A stretch of 64,000 nucleotides of DNA. Source: Leucoraja erinacea. Taxonomy: Eukaryota. The notes beneath the pieces were generated by a model, which saw nothing but the letters and a program-made list of their open reading frames with translations, ran no database searches and was not told the DNA's origin. This document shows, piece by piece, positions 1 through 13,769 of the stretch (positions are counted from its first letter, which is position 1; each line of letters opens with the position of its first letter). The stretch is from the NCBI RefSeq assembly GCF_028641065.1, contig NC_073378.1:69006001-69070000 (forward strand). Direction: 5' to 3'. A program made the translations under genes and the position numbers.

Positions 1-604
1 AGACACTCCAGAAGGTCATGCAGTCCTAAGCGTTCTCCCAGAAAATCGACACAGGACCTCGTGGGAGCGGTCTTTTATAGGTCCCCAAACCATGAGAGGC
101 CGAACCACATAGGGGTAGTCTCTTTACAGTCCAATAACAGATATCGATTAACACAGTAAATGACAGACATTTCCCTAACCCAATAATACAGTGACTAATA
201 CAATGTATTTGAAAGAAAGTTCTAGAAGGAAGCAAACAAGAATAAACATTGAAACATGTGCCCTGAGATTCAAACATTTTCTCCAAGGCTCAACAGTTCG
301 ACCAATCATCGATCAACAGGATGACCGTCTCACAATATTATTTATACAATCTACAATGCTACAATCTACAATGATCCATTCGAAATGATGCATTTAGGGC
401 TTGTTTGCAAAACTGCTATACACTTTATCAATTTAGAAGAAACAAAGAGAACAGCTGGATCCCTCACCATCCTGCATACCAGTCTGAGTCTAGACGGCCT
501 GTTCCATTCAAAGCCTGTAAAGTTCAGCTGACAAGGGTTAAGCAATTCTGACAAGTGCAGGGATCCTCCATTTTATGTTGACTTTAATTTGGCCAATATT
601 AACA
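1..604 (-). mobile_element. LTR copy (cut by window edge), same family as solo LTR at 41596-42358
   Basis: Aligns to ~41782-42358 and ends in the same ...GGCCAATATTAACA terminus; minus-strand TATAAAA near 73-79. Confidence 0.8.
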
Positions 605-640
605 CTTCAATTGCATAAAGGTATCATTATTTCACTCTAG

Positions 641-735
641 ATATACACAAAAATGCTGGAGTAACTCAGTGGGACAGGCAGCATCTTGGAATAGAATGAA
701 AGGGTGACGATTTGGCTTGAGGCCCTTCTACAGTG
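641..735 (-). repeat. Penelope-associated terminal repeat fragment
   Basis: ACACAAAAATGCTGGAGTAACTCAG...GGTGACG...CCCTTCT motif that recurs throughout the window next to Penelope-like RT relics. Confidence 0.6.
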
Positions 736-989
736 AGCGCCAGTCTGAATTTTTTTACTATTCAATATGAACAATATCTTTACAAATTACATTCAATTAT
801 TTCAATTGCTTTAAATTTTAATTTACTTCCATCTACGTTTTATCCTCATCCCTTTCCCCCTCAGTCCCTTGCACCAATTTCCTTCCCTTCAGCTGTAGAT
901 TTAATTTATCTTCTCTGACACCATTTCACCTCTAATCTTGTCACCTACTCCACCCACCTACCAATAAACACCCCCTTCTGCTCCATCTC

Positions 990-2100
990 ACCTCTCCACC
1001 TATGCTCTGCTGGCCACAGCAGCATACTGCTCGTTCCTGGCTACACACCTGTGGTAAAGAGAACAGAGAAAGTCATCAAGGACATCAAACAGTGGACACC
1101 GGACAGTATTGACAGGCTTCAAGGGTGTTTTGAAACCACAGACTGGAATACCCTCACATCCTCCTCCACCAACATCAGTGAGCAAGCGGATATAGTCTCA
1201 GCATACATCACTTTCTGTGTAGACAATATTATCCCCTCCAAGAAAGTCACAATCTTCCCTAACAATAAACCCTGGGTGACTAAAGATCTAAAAAACATAT
1301 TGAATAAGAAAAAGAGAACATTCTTTACCGGTTCTGAAGCTGAGAAGAAGGAGGTAAACAGAGAGGTCAAGCGGGCCATAAAAATCGCCAAGCTGAAATA
1401 CAAGAACAAAGTGGAGCAGACCTTTGGAAAAGGGAACCTCCGTGCGGCTTGGCAGGGCCTCAAGAACATGGCAGCAGTGAACTCTGTCTCTACCAGCCGC
1501 AAGCCCATTCAGGTAGCAGGAAGCAGCTTCACTTCACTCCCGAATGATCTCAACTCCTTCTACACCAGATTTGAAAAGGACAATAGCACCCAGCTAGAAT
1601 CAATCGTCTCCACACTCAGACCTGATGACTCCGGCCTCAACATCAACACATCAGAGGTGGTGAGAGCCCTCAAAAGGACTAAAAAGAACACAGCTCCAGG
1701 GCCAGACAACATCTGTGGGCGGACCCTATGGCACTGTGCTGAGCAGCTGGGAGGTGTGTTCCAGCATCTGTTCCAGGGCTCTTTGACCAGCAGCACAGTC
1801 CCCGCGATGTGGAAAAACTCAACAATGATTCCCATCCCAAAGAAGGGCACCACCAAGGTCCTGAATGACCTTAGACCGGTGGCTCTCACCTCCCTGATCA
1901 TGAAGGCCATGGAGAGGATCATCAAGGAGCACATCACCAAGGCAACTGGCTCGATGATGGATCCATTGCAGTTTGCTTACCAGGCTGGCAGGGGTGTCGA
2001 TGACGCAAAAATATTCATCTTAAACACCATCCATAAGCATCTGGAAATCCCCAAGGCCACAGCCAGACTTCTGTTTGCAGACTTCTCATCTGCATTTAAC
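990..2100 (+). mobile_element. Rex1/Babar-type LINE ORF2 fragment (end of endonuclease to RT N-terminus)
   Basis: ORF 1051-2190 with CFETTDW, FPNNKPW, APGPDNI, LNDLRPVALTS, DPLQFAY, LFADFSSAFN; LINE similarity ends at ~2100. Confidence 0.9.
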
Positions 2101-2810
2101 GTTCACGATCCCTCCCATTATATCTGTCTGAAGAACGGACCTGAAACATCATCCAGCCATTCTTTCCACAGATACTGCCTGACCTTTTGAGTTCCTCCTG
2201 CATGTAGTGTTTTACAGGAGACTGTACAGATTCTTTATTTCCATAATCCACATAATTCGATTTATGTGCTGTCTCGTCATGCAATGTAGATCACCTTTTA
2301 CCTGCTTCCCAGACATAAACCAGGCTTTAGTAGTGAAGATATAGGAAGCTGAGCTCAATGCATGGGCCACAGACTACAATTGGCACTCTACTATCTCCAG
2401 AGATTGGATATATGCCTACCATATATCACGTCCACATTCAAAGCCCATGAGTTAGAGCTCAAGTGACTCACATTGTATAGGGAAGAACCTGGTGTCAATG
2501 CGGCAAAGTTGTGTACCCTGACGTAATGTACAGTCTGTCAGGTCCTGTCAACCTTTATTTCAGCAATCTTTGATATTCTCATCCCAAGAGTGCTCTATTT
2601 TTTGTGAACTAAATTCAAACAGTTTAGCTTCGAATAAGGTTTCCTTTAAGATTTATTGTCAATGGAAAACTCTCTAATAAATTAAGTGTTTTATCCAATC
2701 ATTTCTCTGATCTTCTGATGAGATACATCTCTTTGTCAACCTTTGGTGTGTCACTACTGTAAGTTTAGAAAATACTGTATATCCTTCTGTACTGAAATTA
2801 AAACATATTT

Positions 2811-3137
2811 TAGTTTTGGTTAGTTTAGAGGTACTGTGCGGGAACAAACCTATCGGCCCACCGAGTCCGCACCGACCAGAGATCCCCTCATACTAACACT
2901 ACCCTACATACACGCGGGACAATTTACACATACACCAAGCCAATTACGTACATACCTGCTCGTCTTTGGAGTGTGGGAAGAAACCAAATATCTTGGAGAA
3001 AACCCACGTGGTTACGGGAGAACGTACAAACTCGGTACAGACTCCATACAGACGGCACCCGTAGACGGGATTGAACCCGGGTTTCCGGTGCTGAAAGCGC
3101 TGTAAGGCAGCAAGTCTACCTCTGCACCACCATGACA
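2811..3137 (-). mobile_element. HE1-type tRNA-derived V-SINE
   Basis: Reverse complement matches the copy at 38494 (tRNA-like head with GGGTTCAATCC, CTCCAAAGACG core, CTAAA tail). Confidence 0.85.
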
Positions 3138-4104
3138 CAAAACTATATGGTGGATTAAATTTTGGATATTGTGTATACATTTAGAATACATGGGTAATCA
3201 CATGGAGCTCACTTTTATGAATATTTACAGCGAGAAGCAGGGCATTTGACTCCTCAGGAACATGTCATAGTTCATGCAATGCCTGAACCTATAGCTTACT
3301 TTTACCTCCACCCTCATTAATGTATCCTTCTGTTCTGTTCTCTGTCTGTGTGCATCAAGAACCCATAGTATCTGCCTCAATTACTCCTTGTGGTAATACA
3401 TTTGGTCTGATTGATTCCCCCATTTCTATTGATTTACTAGTGGCCATCTTATATTTATACAGTAGCTCCTGGTCCTCTGGTCCTCTGGTCCTCATTTCAT
3501 CTGGAAGCTTTCTGTCTGTGTCTAGATCATCAAATCATTTTGTTAAAGTAACCGTTCAGGTTGTGCTGAGCAAGTTCATCAATTAGAACACCATTATCAC
3601 ATATCAATGCTTTTATGAGGATTGACTTCCCTGACCTGGAGAAACTAGGAATAGAGAGCACTGTGTCTCAGAATAAAGGGGCCACACAAGGCCAGCATTT
3701 ACTGTCCATCAATAATTGCCCTTGGGGAAATGGCAGTGAGCTGTCTTCTTAAACTGCAGCAATCCTTTTGTTAAAGTACTCTCAAGGCAGTATTGGTGAG
3801 CGAGTTCCCAGATATAAACCCAGTAATAATGAAGCAATTATTTCCATGTCAAGGTGGTACCTGTCTTGGAGGGGAACCTGGGGGGTGGTGGTGCTACCAT
3901 GAACCAGAGGCTTTTATTCTTTTTGATCTGTTTGCTCAGAGCTGTTGGATAGAGACGAGTAGCTGCAATGCATTTCATAGATGGTATAGACCGGAAACTC
4001 AGTAGACATATGATAGAGGAAGCAAATGCTTGGAATTAAGGTTTGAAGTCATAAAAATAGCCTTTAGAAATAAGGATCTGTGGATGCTGGTTTTCAAAGA
4101 AAAG

Positions 4105-5045
4105 ACTCAAAGTACTGAAGTGTCTAAGTGGGTCAAGCAGCATCTCTGGAGAGCACAGATCGGTGAAGTTTTGGGGTGGGATAGGTGGACGGGGAAAGGA
4201 CCAGATGAATTCTATCCTTGTCCTGTCTGGGAGTGAGAGCAGAACCATGGGATGCAGAGGAGCCGAAGGTGAGGGATCCATCTGTGACAGAAGGAGGAAA
4301 CTACCTTCACTAAAGAAAAAATATATCCCAGATATCTTAAACTGGAAAGCCTCATCTTTGGAGCAGATGTGGTGGAGACAGAGAAATTGAAAGTATGGGA
4401 TAGCTTATTTGCAAGAGGCAAGGTGGGAGGAGATGTGATCCAGATAACTATAGGGGGTGGTGGATTTGTAGTGGAAGTCTGTCAATAGTACATCCCCTGT
4501 GATGGAGACAGAAAGATCAAGAAAACGGAGAGATGCGTCAGAGATAGTCCAAGTGAATTTGAGGACAGGGTAGAAGTTATTGGCAAAGTTAATGAAATTA
4601 GCGATTTCTACACACGTGCAGTGGGCAGCCTTCATGTAGTCATTACCGTAGCAGAGAAAGAGTAGGGGGATGGTGCCAGTGCACGTTTTGAACAAGGACT
4701 ATTCAACGTAGTAAAAACAAAAAGCCAAACATCGCTGGGTCCCATCTAAGTGCCCATAGCTGCACCTTTAACGAAGAAAGTGAGAGGAATCAAAAGAGAA
4801 GTTGATGAGGATGAGGACAAGTTTTCTCTGGTGGAGGAGTGTGTTAATAGAAGGAAATAGATTGGGGTCTCTGTTCAAGGAAGAACCGGAGGGCCTTGAG
4901 ACCTTCTTGGTGGGGGGTATAAAGGAACTGAACATCTATGGTAAAGATGCCAAGGGGGCCTAGAAATTGAAAGCTATATAAATTGAACAGTTGAAGGGAA
5001 TTTGAGGTGGCTCGGATGTAGGTCAGAAGCGAGTACATTTGTGGA
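4105..5045 (-). mobile_element. Penelope-like retroelement relic (RT plus C-terminal region)
   Basis: Minus-strand peptides HQEGLKALRFFLEQR and FINFANNFYPVLKFTWTISDASLRFLDLSVSI...YLDHISSH, typical of Penelope-like RT; many stops and frameshifts. Confidence 0.85.
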
Positions 5046-5599
5046 AGGGAAAAAGTGGATTGTTTTGTTCTGAGTGCTGTTGAGATTCTCATGTGTTGTT
5101 GGAGCTGTACTCATCCGGACAGCTTTGGCTAAGTTGAGTGTAAATTTTTTCAAGCCAAGAGTTGAAAATCTTTAGAAATGTTTAACCTGGGATGATGTTG
5201 TTAATGTTGGTCTGGATACATAAGCTCTGCCATGGACTACATTCAAGTTGGTGCTTTGGCATAAATGCAATTAAGGAATTGGAGTGAAAGAGGATGTGGC
5301 ATTAATGAAAGCCTGAGTTTGCTGCAGGGGCTGAATGGCTATTTTCTCCTTCAACTTTTTTTTTCCTGTTATGGTTTTAAAGAAACAATAAAGCTGAGAA
5401 ATTTGGTTTAATTTTATTTTGGTGCTTTTAACAGGTGATGCGCAACAATGCTGACACACTCTCCTAACAAAATGTTGACATGGGGAAAGGACACAAAGTG
5501 CTGGGATAACTCAGTGGGTCAGGTAACATAATTGGAGAATATGGATTGGTGACAATTTGGGTCGAGACCCTTGTTCAGATTTCTGATTATTCTCACTTT

Positions 5600-5945
5600 T
5601 GGAGCTTCGATCGCCCCGAAGCGGGAGCTTCGACTGCTGGCTGCGGCAGCTTCGATCGCCCCGACAGCTGATTCAACAGACCCAACCGCAGGAGAATTAA
5701 GAGGAAGAAGATTTGACTTTTTTGTCTTCCATCCAGTGAGGAATGTAGGGAATCCACTGTGGTGGATGTTTATGTTAACTTTTATGTTGTTGTGTGTCTT
5801 GTTGCTTTTTTTTTTTTTTTCATTTGCTGTATGGTAACTCACATACAAAGATACTAGAGCAGAGCTCTATTATCTCTGCTCACATATCACTGTACCTTAA
5901 TTGTTACATCTGACAATAAAAGACTTTTGAAACTTTCAAAACTTC
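5600..5945 (+). repeat. Unclassified SINE-like repeat with L2/Rex1-type 3' tail
   Basis: Repeated GCTTCGATCGCCCCGA motif, then ACTGTACC...TGACAATAAA and a short tandem tail. Confidence 0.45.
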
Positions 5946-6160
5946 AAATTCAGAAATGGGATTTTTTTTTGTTCCTGGCACAGAGACTGGCGCTGTCAGG
6001 AACCAATGGAAAAGGATCACAAATTTGAAATGGTCACTTCATGGCAGTGACAACACAACAGAAAAGACCAACAATAACAGGAGGGGAAAATATCTGTCCT
6101 CATCATATTGCTCACAGCATCCTACCCAGCGGTCAACCTCACAGATTACCAAATCGGTAC

Positions 6161-6360
6161 TGGGGCACAGCGGTAGAGTTATTGCCTTTCAGCGCCAGAG
6201 ACCCAGTTTCCTCCCACACTCCAAAGACGTAATTGGCTTGGTAAAATTGTAAATTGTCCTTAGCGTGTGTAGGATAGTGTTAGTGTGCGGGGATCATTGG
6301 TCAGCATGGACTCGGTAGGCCTAAGGACCAGTTTCAACACTGTATCTCCAAAAAAACTAA
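6161..6360 (+). mobile_element. HE1-type V-SINE, internally deleted
   Basis: GGCACAGCGGTAGAGTT head, TTTCCTCCCACACTCCAAAGACGT core, CTAAA tail. Confidence 0.8.
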
Positions 6361-9300
6361 AATAAATAAGTGGAATACAAACCATGCCAAGGCAGAATGT
6401 ACTCAGTACTAAGACAAAGAACACAGCATATTTGTGTGGTGCATTGTTTGGAAAGCCTGTAATAAGCACTACAAAGTCCAGGGATAAACAAAAGCAAGCA
6501 TGCACACCACAGAAAACAGCCACACACAGGCAGACATGAAAACACTTATGTCCCACTCAAGACCCTTTAATTTATATCTCCCAACAGCTTGCATGATTTG
6601 CTACTTGTATTTATTTGTATTTATAAATAAGGATGATAAGTTGCAGATTATTTTACTCCAATTTCTGTCAGTAATGCAAGGATGAGAATAGCAGATATTG
6701 ATGGTGTTGCCATGGGTGCAAACATTGTAAAACCATTAGCCAGGCAACTAATAGCTGGAAGTGCCTGGTCAAACGTTCCCAAGAGACACGTCTTCCATCA
6801 AAAATGATCACTGTCATCTTAAAGAGTGTGCAACATACCTTATGTGTGATTTGCACACAAATAAGGGTACAAATGGGACCCATTTCTTTGCCTATGTTTC
6901 ATGGTCATCAATCTTTAAGTCATTCTTCCTAACGGGAGATCCATTTTATCTGGCAGAATGACAGTGAGAAGATTTGTCTTTTCTCAAACTAGCAACTTAT
7001 ATCACTGAGATAGACTTTTAATAGCTATGCTCCTGTGTAAAATTAGGTCGCAGATCTGGACGGAGTCCATCAGTGAAATCTTCGACATCCATTTCCATTG
7101 AAACAAAGTTGAAAATTAACTCACGTTTTTCAGAAATGTCTCTTCTTCTAATAATATATGAACACCTTCAGTGGAGCTCTCGTGGAACTGAAAATGACTC
7201 AACATTGGTGATAATCCTACAAAATATCTTTAAAGTATTTGTGACAGAGCTGTAAACAAGGTACAGCCCTATCATTCAAACAGATGATTTTTTTTGGTTG
7301 CATATTCTTTTTAAAATAAAGCAACTTACGTTTTCACACGTGAAGTAATTGAGATTTAAGACTGAAAACAAAGATTTGTCAGCTCTCCTTAGAGAAACCA
7401 TTCATCTCTGTACATTTTTGGGGGTGATAATGTATGCTGGCTGCAAGGAAAACTGATTTAATCATTGATTTTGTTTCCACCAAGCTGCCGATGTACATTG
7501 TTTATGAGAAGCCAGCCTTACAAAGGGTGCTGGAGTGAAACGATTTATAAGCTGCACTCAATTCAGTTTGCATATCACTTACAACTGCCACAGAGCTCCG
7601 GGAGGGAAGTCAGTGGGGGCGAAATGCGCAAGCAATCTGTTTATAAGGATTAATAATAAAACGTACAAAACAGCCATATTCTGAATTTTGGGGATAATAC
7701 CCAATGGTTTCCAACATGCAGTTGCAATATTTGCTCTGATATTTTTCAATTCTCACATTCCGTTTTGGTCTTGGGGCAAATCATTATGGAAATGTGTCCA
7801 TGAGTTATTTATCTCCAGTTCTTGTGTAACAATATGCTATTACAATCAGGGAAGGCCATAGATTTATGAGGGAAATCTGTTAAAAAAAAAAACAACATGT
7901 TGGCAAGGACTGGACTGGATTAGACAGTTTTTCAGGGAAATTTCAATACCTTTCAAGAGTTTCAGAAACCTTCATTTTAAGAAAAAAAATCTTACTGCTG
8001 GCATTAAAAAAATAATTTGGTTTCATATAACTCCTTTCGAATAACATGAAGGATTTTACAGGCACATGAGCTTTGCTTTGGAAGTATATCTGCTGTTATA
8101 ATTCAAATAACATACAGAGGCAATTTGCATAAAGCAAGATCCCATAAACAGCAGCATGATAATAAAAATCAAAAAATGCAAACTGACATAACATGTGAAG
8201 ATATTGGAGATATTTCACAACTGTGACAGAACATTCGCAAAATAAAACAAGATTTAGGTTCCAAGTTGATGCCACGTGCATTAGATTAATTTCACTCCAT
8301 AAATGCTGTCTGGCCAACAAGGTAATAAAGACAAGGACAAAATATTTTATATATAGTATTTTTTAAGAGATTGATATTAACTGGCATACCAGTTAAATTG
8401 CTCTTGTTTCTCTAACATAGAGTGGTAAGGAATCTTTTACATCCACCAAAGAGAAAATGGTCTCTCTGTAGTGTGTAAATCAAAAGATTGTGTGAATGCT
8501 GCGGTGCTAGTTCAATTAATCAATCTACAGATTTATGCTCAAGTCCCTGCAATATGATTACAATCTTCTAGTTCGGTAATAAAAATATAGCAACTAAGTC
8601 ATTACTGATAGTGATAGTGAGGTATTGAGAATGTTGAGCACATTTCCTGACTGACAAGTGGATTTCCCAACCATCTCCACCCTGGCTGCTTGATGGATTT
8701 TGCTACACATGCATCATACTTTTATGGAGATATTGATGCTTTCAGCAGTTACATGCAGATGTTTGTATCCATTCTCTTTCTTCTAAAATATCAGTAGCAA
8801 AGTAGTCTTAAAGCTGCACTCACTGGGTGGTTGGCAGTGGACCTAATTAGAGAAATTGAGACAAATCGATACAAAGAAAAGCCCAGAAATGCAAGAGTTT
8901 TTGTTTTTATTTTTTCTTCTGGTATTCGCAGGCAAAGATTAGGCCTCAGCACTACTATATGGCCTCCTGAAGCCTTTCTCAGGTATTGTAAAGCTTCAGT
9001 TGCACTTATTTCAGTTTAGTTTTTGACATTCAGTGTTCACAACACGGAATCTTCTGCACTGGATAAACAAAATGCAGATTGAGTTATTGCAAAATACCTG
9101 TGTTCCATCTGTAGAAGTGATTCTGAGCTTTCATGTCCTGCCACTGATATATCTGCCTGTGTTCTCCTCACAGTTAAATAGGGCCTAATGCAAGGTTGAG
9201 GAACAATGCCTCATTTTCAATCTTGGCACATGATAGTACTTCAGGTTTAATATCAAAATACTCCAACTCAAGGTAATGCGCTCTCTTTCTCTGTATCTGT

Positions 9301-9904
9301 ATCAGATTTAGTTTTAGAGATATCGCATGAAAACAGTCCCTCTTGCCCACCAAGTCCACGCTGACCATCAATCACCTGTTCACACTAGTTCTGTGTTATC
9401 CCACACTCCCATCCACACCAGGTGAAATTAATCAACAAACCCAGACATCTTTGGCACTTAGATACTAAAGTAGAAGGATATAGTCCTAATACATGCAAAT
9501 AGGATTAGTGTAGATCAGCAAAAGTATTGTCATGGATGTGGTGGGCCGAAGGTTCCGTTTCTGTGCTGTCCAACACTGTGATTCTGTGACACATTAGAAG
9601 ATGTAAGCCAGATGTCCAATAACTCAGTCAAAGAGAACACAGAACAGCACAGCACACAAGAACAGATCCTTCAGCCTACAGTGTCTGTGCCAAACATAAT
9701 GCCAGGACCATTACTCATCTATCCTCAGATAACCCATATTCTACAATTCCCTGCATATCCATATGCCTGTGCAAATGTTGTTTCTGCCAATCCCCCATCT
9801 ATGCTTATTGGCTTAGTTTTCATTCTCTTGTGTATAATATGGCCTTTGGGTGAGCCTCGCCATCCTGCTATAAAATTAAAAAAAAGCATTAACTGCTAAT
9901 CTCC

Positions 9905-11464
9905 ACATATTTTTATAATCTCCACCCCTCTCCAATCACCACGTAACACCCACTTACAGCCTGACCCTAGTCTGCAAATACGGGGCCCTCATCGACTACC
10001 CACCCCCTCCTTGCTGCCCATCATCTGTCTGGCCACTTCTGCATCACCAACAATTGAAAATGAGGAGGCTATTCAGAAGACAGAAAAGCATGAAGTCTCC
10101 AGGTCAGGACAATGTTCCTTCAAGCTCTGTGCCAATCCACTGGTTATCGGGCTACATAGACATTTTCAACCAGTTCCTGCAAACCTGCACTGTCCATGTC
10201 GGCTTCAAAGTCTCCACTAATGCCCCGTACCCAAAAATACAAGGATTACTGGTCTTAATGACTACAGGACTGTTGCACTGACCTCTGTAGTTATGAAGAC
10301 CCTTGAAAGACAGCTGAAAAATATCACAAACCCCCTGCTGGACTCTCTACAGTTTGCATATTGGGCCAATAGATCAGTGGCTGACGCAGAGCTATTACAC
10401 TCCAAACTCTCCCAGAGACCTTGCCTGATCCCCTCTGTCAGTGGATCACCAACTTCCTGACAGACAGGAATTAGCATGTGAGACTGGGAGAGCACATCTC
10501 GGACCCGCAGACCCTCAGCATAGGTGCACCGCAAGGTTGCATGCTCTCCCCTCTCCTTTACTCTCTCTAAACCAACGACTGCTCCTCCACTGATTCCTCT
10601 GATAAGCTTCTCAAGTTTGCGGACGACACAACGCTGATTGAACAGATCCAGGATGGGGAGGAATCCACTTACAGACAGGAAGCGACACAGCTGGTGTCCT
10701 GGTGCCTTCGTAACAACCTGGAGCTCATTGCTCTTAAGACAATGGAATTAATAGTAGACTTTAGGAGTGCTCCCCATCCCCTCCCCCCACTCACCATCAA
10801 CAACACCACAGTCACATCTGTGGAGTCCGTTATGTTCCTTGGAACCATCATCTCCAAGGACAGTCAAAAAGGCACAACAGAGGATTATTTCATGCGGCAG
10901 CTGAGGAAACACAATCTGCCACAGGCAATGATGGTCAAATTCTATACTGCCGTAGATTCTGTCTTCGCCATCTCCATCATGGTCTGGTTTAGCTCAGCCA
11001 CCAAGCATGACATCCGGAGGCTGCAGCGAATCGTTCGATCAGCTGAGAAGGTTGTTGGCAGCAACCTTCTCCCCATTGATGAACTGAACACTGCAAGGGC
11101 CAGGAAGCGAGCAGATAAGACCACCTCTGACCCCTGTCACCCTGGCCACAAACTCTTTGAAGCACTTCCTTCTGGAAGGTGACTCCGGACCATCAAAGCC
11201 GCCATAGCCAGACAAAAAAACAGCTTTTTGCCACGAGTAGTAGCTCTACACAATAACCAGATGTCTGTAGCTTCCTTTTGCTCTGGTATTTTATTTCATG
11301 CACATGTTTAAACTATAATGTTTTATTCTTAATGTTTTAATGTTTTATGTTTTATTCTTAATGGTTTACTGTATGTTGTATTGTTACTTGCGATCGGAGC
11401 ACCAAGGCGAATTCCTTGTATGTGTACCTACTTGGCCAATAAACTTATCATTCATTCATTCATT
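9905..11464 (+). mobile_element. Rex1-type LINE, 5'-truncated and degenerate
   Basis: NDYRTVALTS, LQFAY, QGCMLSPLL, KFADDTT, SWCLRNNLEL, HPGHKLFEALPSGR; ends with AATAAA and a (CATT)n tail. Confidence 0.88.
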
Positions 11465-11689
11465 TTTGCACCATATCAGAAATATTTATTTGTTCTAACT
11501 GTCCTTCCCACACCTTCCCTGCTACTGAAAACAACTTATTTTCTCATTTCCCTATTCCGAAAAAAACCTTTGGGATGAAATATTAATTTTGTCTCTTTTT
11601 ACATGATCATTGAACGTTGAACCTGTTGAATGTTCCCAGAATTTTCTGTTTTTATTTCAGATTTCTAGCATGTGCAGTTTTTTAGACTT

Positions 11690-11880
11690 TACTTTTTAGA
11701 TACAGAGTGGAAACAGTTCCACATACTAGCACTATCCGACACAATAGGGGCCATTTCTTTACAATTATCCGAAGCCAATTAATCTCCAAACCTGTATGTC
11801 TTTGGAGTGTGAAAGGAAACCAGAGCCAGAGTGTGGAGAAACCCATATGGGTCTCCACGTCACAAGGAGAACGTGCACGT
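11690..11880 (-). mobile_element. HE1-type SINE fragment
   Basis: ACCTGTATGTCTTTGGAGTGTG core in reverse orientation. Confidence 0.65.
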
Positions 11881-12763
11881 CAGAGCATGGCTCAAGCACA
11901 TTTATGGCAACACAGACCATAGGGTGAAGGTCAGGTTTTTCAAAAGCAGCAAGATTATTCACTCAATAATCTTGAGAACAAGTGACTATTTAAATATCCA
12001 GAATCTTGCAAGCAAATTCCACTTCATGTGGCTGTTACCGTTATTTATTCACTTTAGATCAGTCCATTGTTCCCGCAACATCTAAGCAGTCTAGAGGACT
12101 TGAATGATGATTATTTTGTTCTAACAATTTGCCACAAATCAATTTAGGTCTGAACCGAGATCTACCTGTTTTATGTAATTTAGAACCAAGCCAGTAATCT
12201 CTATATACGTAACTCAGAATGCATAAGTCGTCGATGCTAGCAAAAGCAAGGAATCTGTGGACTAGACTTGATAAACCTAGTGACCTAATAAACAGACACA
12301 ATCCTTAATGACAATACAGACAAGTTAACAACTCAGTGGATAAGAAGCCGATTGAAATTTCTGGGATTATTTTTGCACCTGTACTCACATTGCCTGCAGC
12401 ACATGGCAGAAGATCATGCAGGTCAGGTAATTTCATCCTCTGATTTCCAGGGACACATTTGCTGGGTAAAATGACCCCTCATGCACTGCTGGTGAACATC
12501 CCGCCATGCAGTAACACACCAGTATAGAATTAATATTAACATATTGAACAAGAACACTTTAAATAAAGCAGGTGAGCAGAGTCATTACAAAATGGACCAG
12601 GAGAGACACAAAGAGCAGGAGTAAATCAGCAGGTAGGCAGCTTCCCTGGAGAACATGGATAGGTGGTATTTTGGGTCAGAACCCTTCTTCAGCCCCCAAC
12701 ATCCCCCCACCTGCCTGAGCTTCCTTCCAACCTCTGTTCCCCTCTGACCTCAGCCCTCACTTT

Positions 12764-12990
12764 TGTCATAATTTCACCATCCCTCCGACCTTCCTCTTTC
12801 AGATGCAGAAAGGTCAGTCCTCAACACATTTAATGTATATAATGTAATTAGCATATGTTATGTCTTGTGCAAGGGGACGCATGCGCTAGAAGAGACTCAT
12901 GGTGGCGTCCAGCAATAAAGAAGCTTGTTAGTTTACTCCTGTATCTGAGAGTTCTTTTGAGTCAGTTCCAAGTACCCAAAATACACTACA
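12764..12990 (+). repeat. 5' LTR
   Basis: TGTCATAAT...ATACACTACA with internal AATAAA; repeated at 16933-17159. Confidence 0.9.
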
Positions 12991-12992
12991 AT

Positions 12993-13010
12993 TGGCGACG
13001 AGGATGGGAT
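12993..13010 (+). promoter_or_regulatory. Primer-binding site, tRNA-Ser(GCT)
   Basis: TGGCGACGAGGATGGGAT is the reverse complement of the vertebrate tRNA-Ser(GCT) 3' end ...ATCCCATCCTCGTCGCCA; lies 2 nt after the LTR end. Confidence 0.85.
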
Positions 13011-13769
13011 AGAGTTTGTGAACTCGCCCACAGAACTGTTTTGCAACACACAGGATTGTTTAACAGTTTAAACTGTAGATGCGGAGTTGTATTGTAGTTG
13101 TTTGTGACCGGGACAAGAGAGGCCTGCAGATCCCACTATGCCGGGGACTGCATTTAAAACATCAGCTGTACAAGTCGGCGAGTTTTGTGAGGCTATCTCT
13201 ACATTGTGTCTACATGGCAAGATGTCGTCCTTCGGATTGTCACTCATTTTAGAGTTTTCTTTTGTCAAATTCCTCAAGCTGAATAGTCTTTGTATAAGTT
13301 TTAGGTGAATTGTTACACCAAAACACACAACAACAGCACGAAGAGGATAAAAGAACAGAAAAGGAAAGAAGAAGGACTGTCAGAAAAAAATAAAGTTGTG
13401 TTTGGAAACAAAGTGGAACGGCACCAAGCCAAAAGATTTGGCGCCAAACGATTTTGGATTGGCGCCAAAGAAAAGAAAGGTTGGAACAGGAAGCAAGGAA
13501 AACAAGTGGGGCAGTAAGTAAGTGTCATCGAAGAAAGCAGCCGAAAGCTGGAAGCCTAACCAGCAGGACAGCGACAGCGTCAACTTACCTGGAACATTTT
13601 CCAGGGCTGTGTAGGTAAGGCAAAGGGGCAGAAGAGGCCCAGCAGCTGCCACCGACTTTGGACGTTTTACAGCGCTGTGTAGCCCACAACCAGGCCCAGG
13701 AGCCGCCAACGACGTCGAGTGAGGGCCTAGTACCGGGTAGGTCACGGACAGGTACAGTGAAGCCACCGA

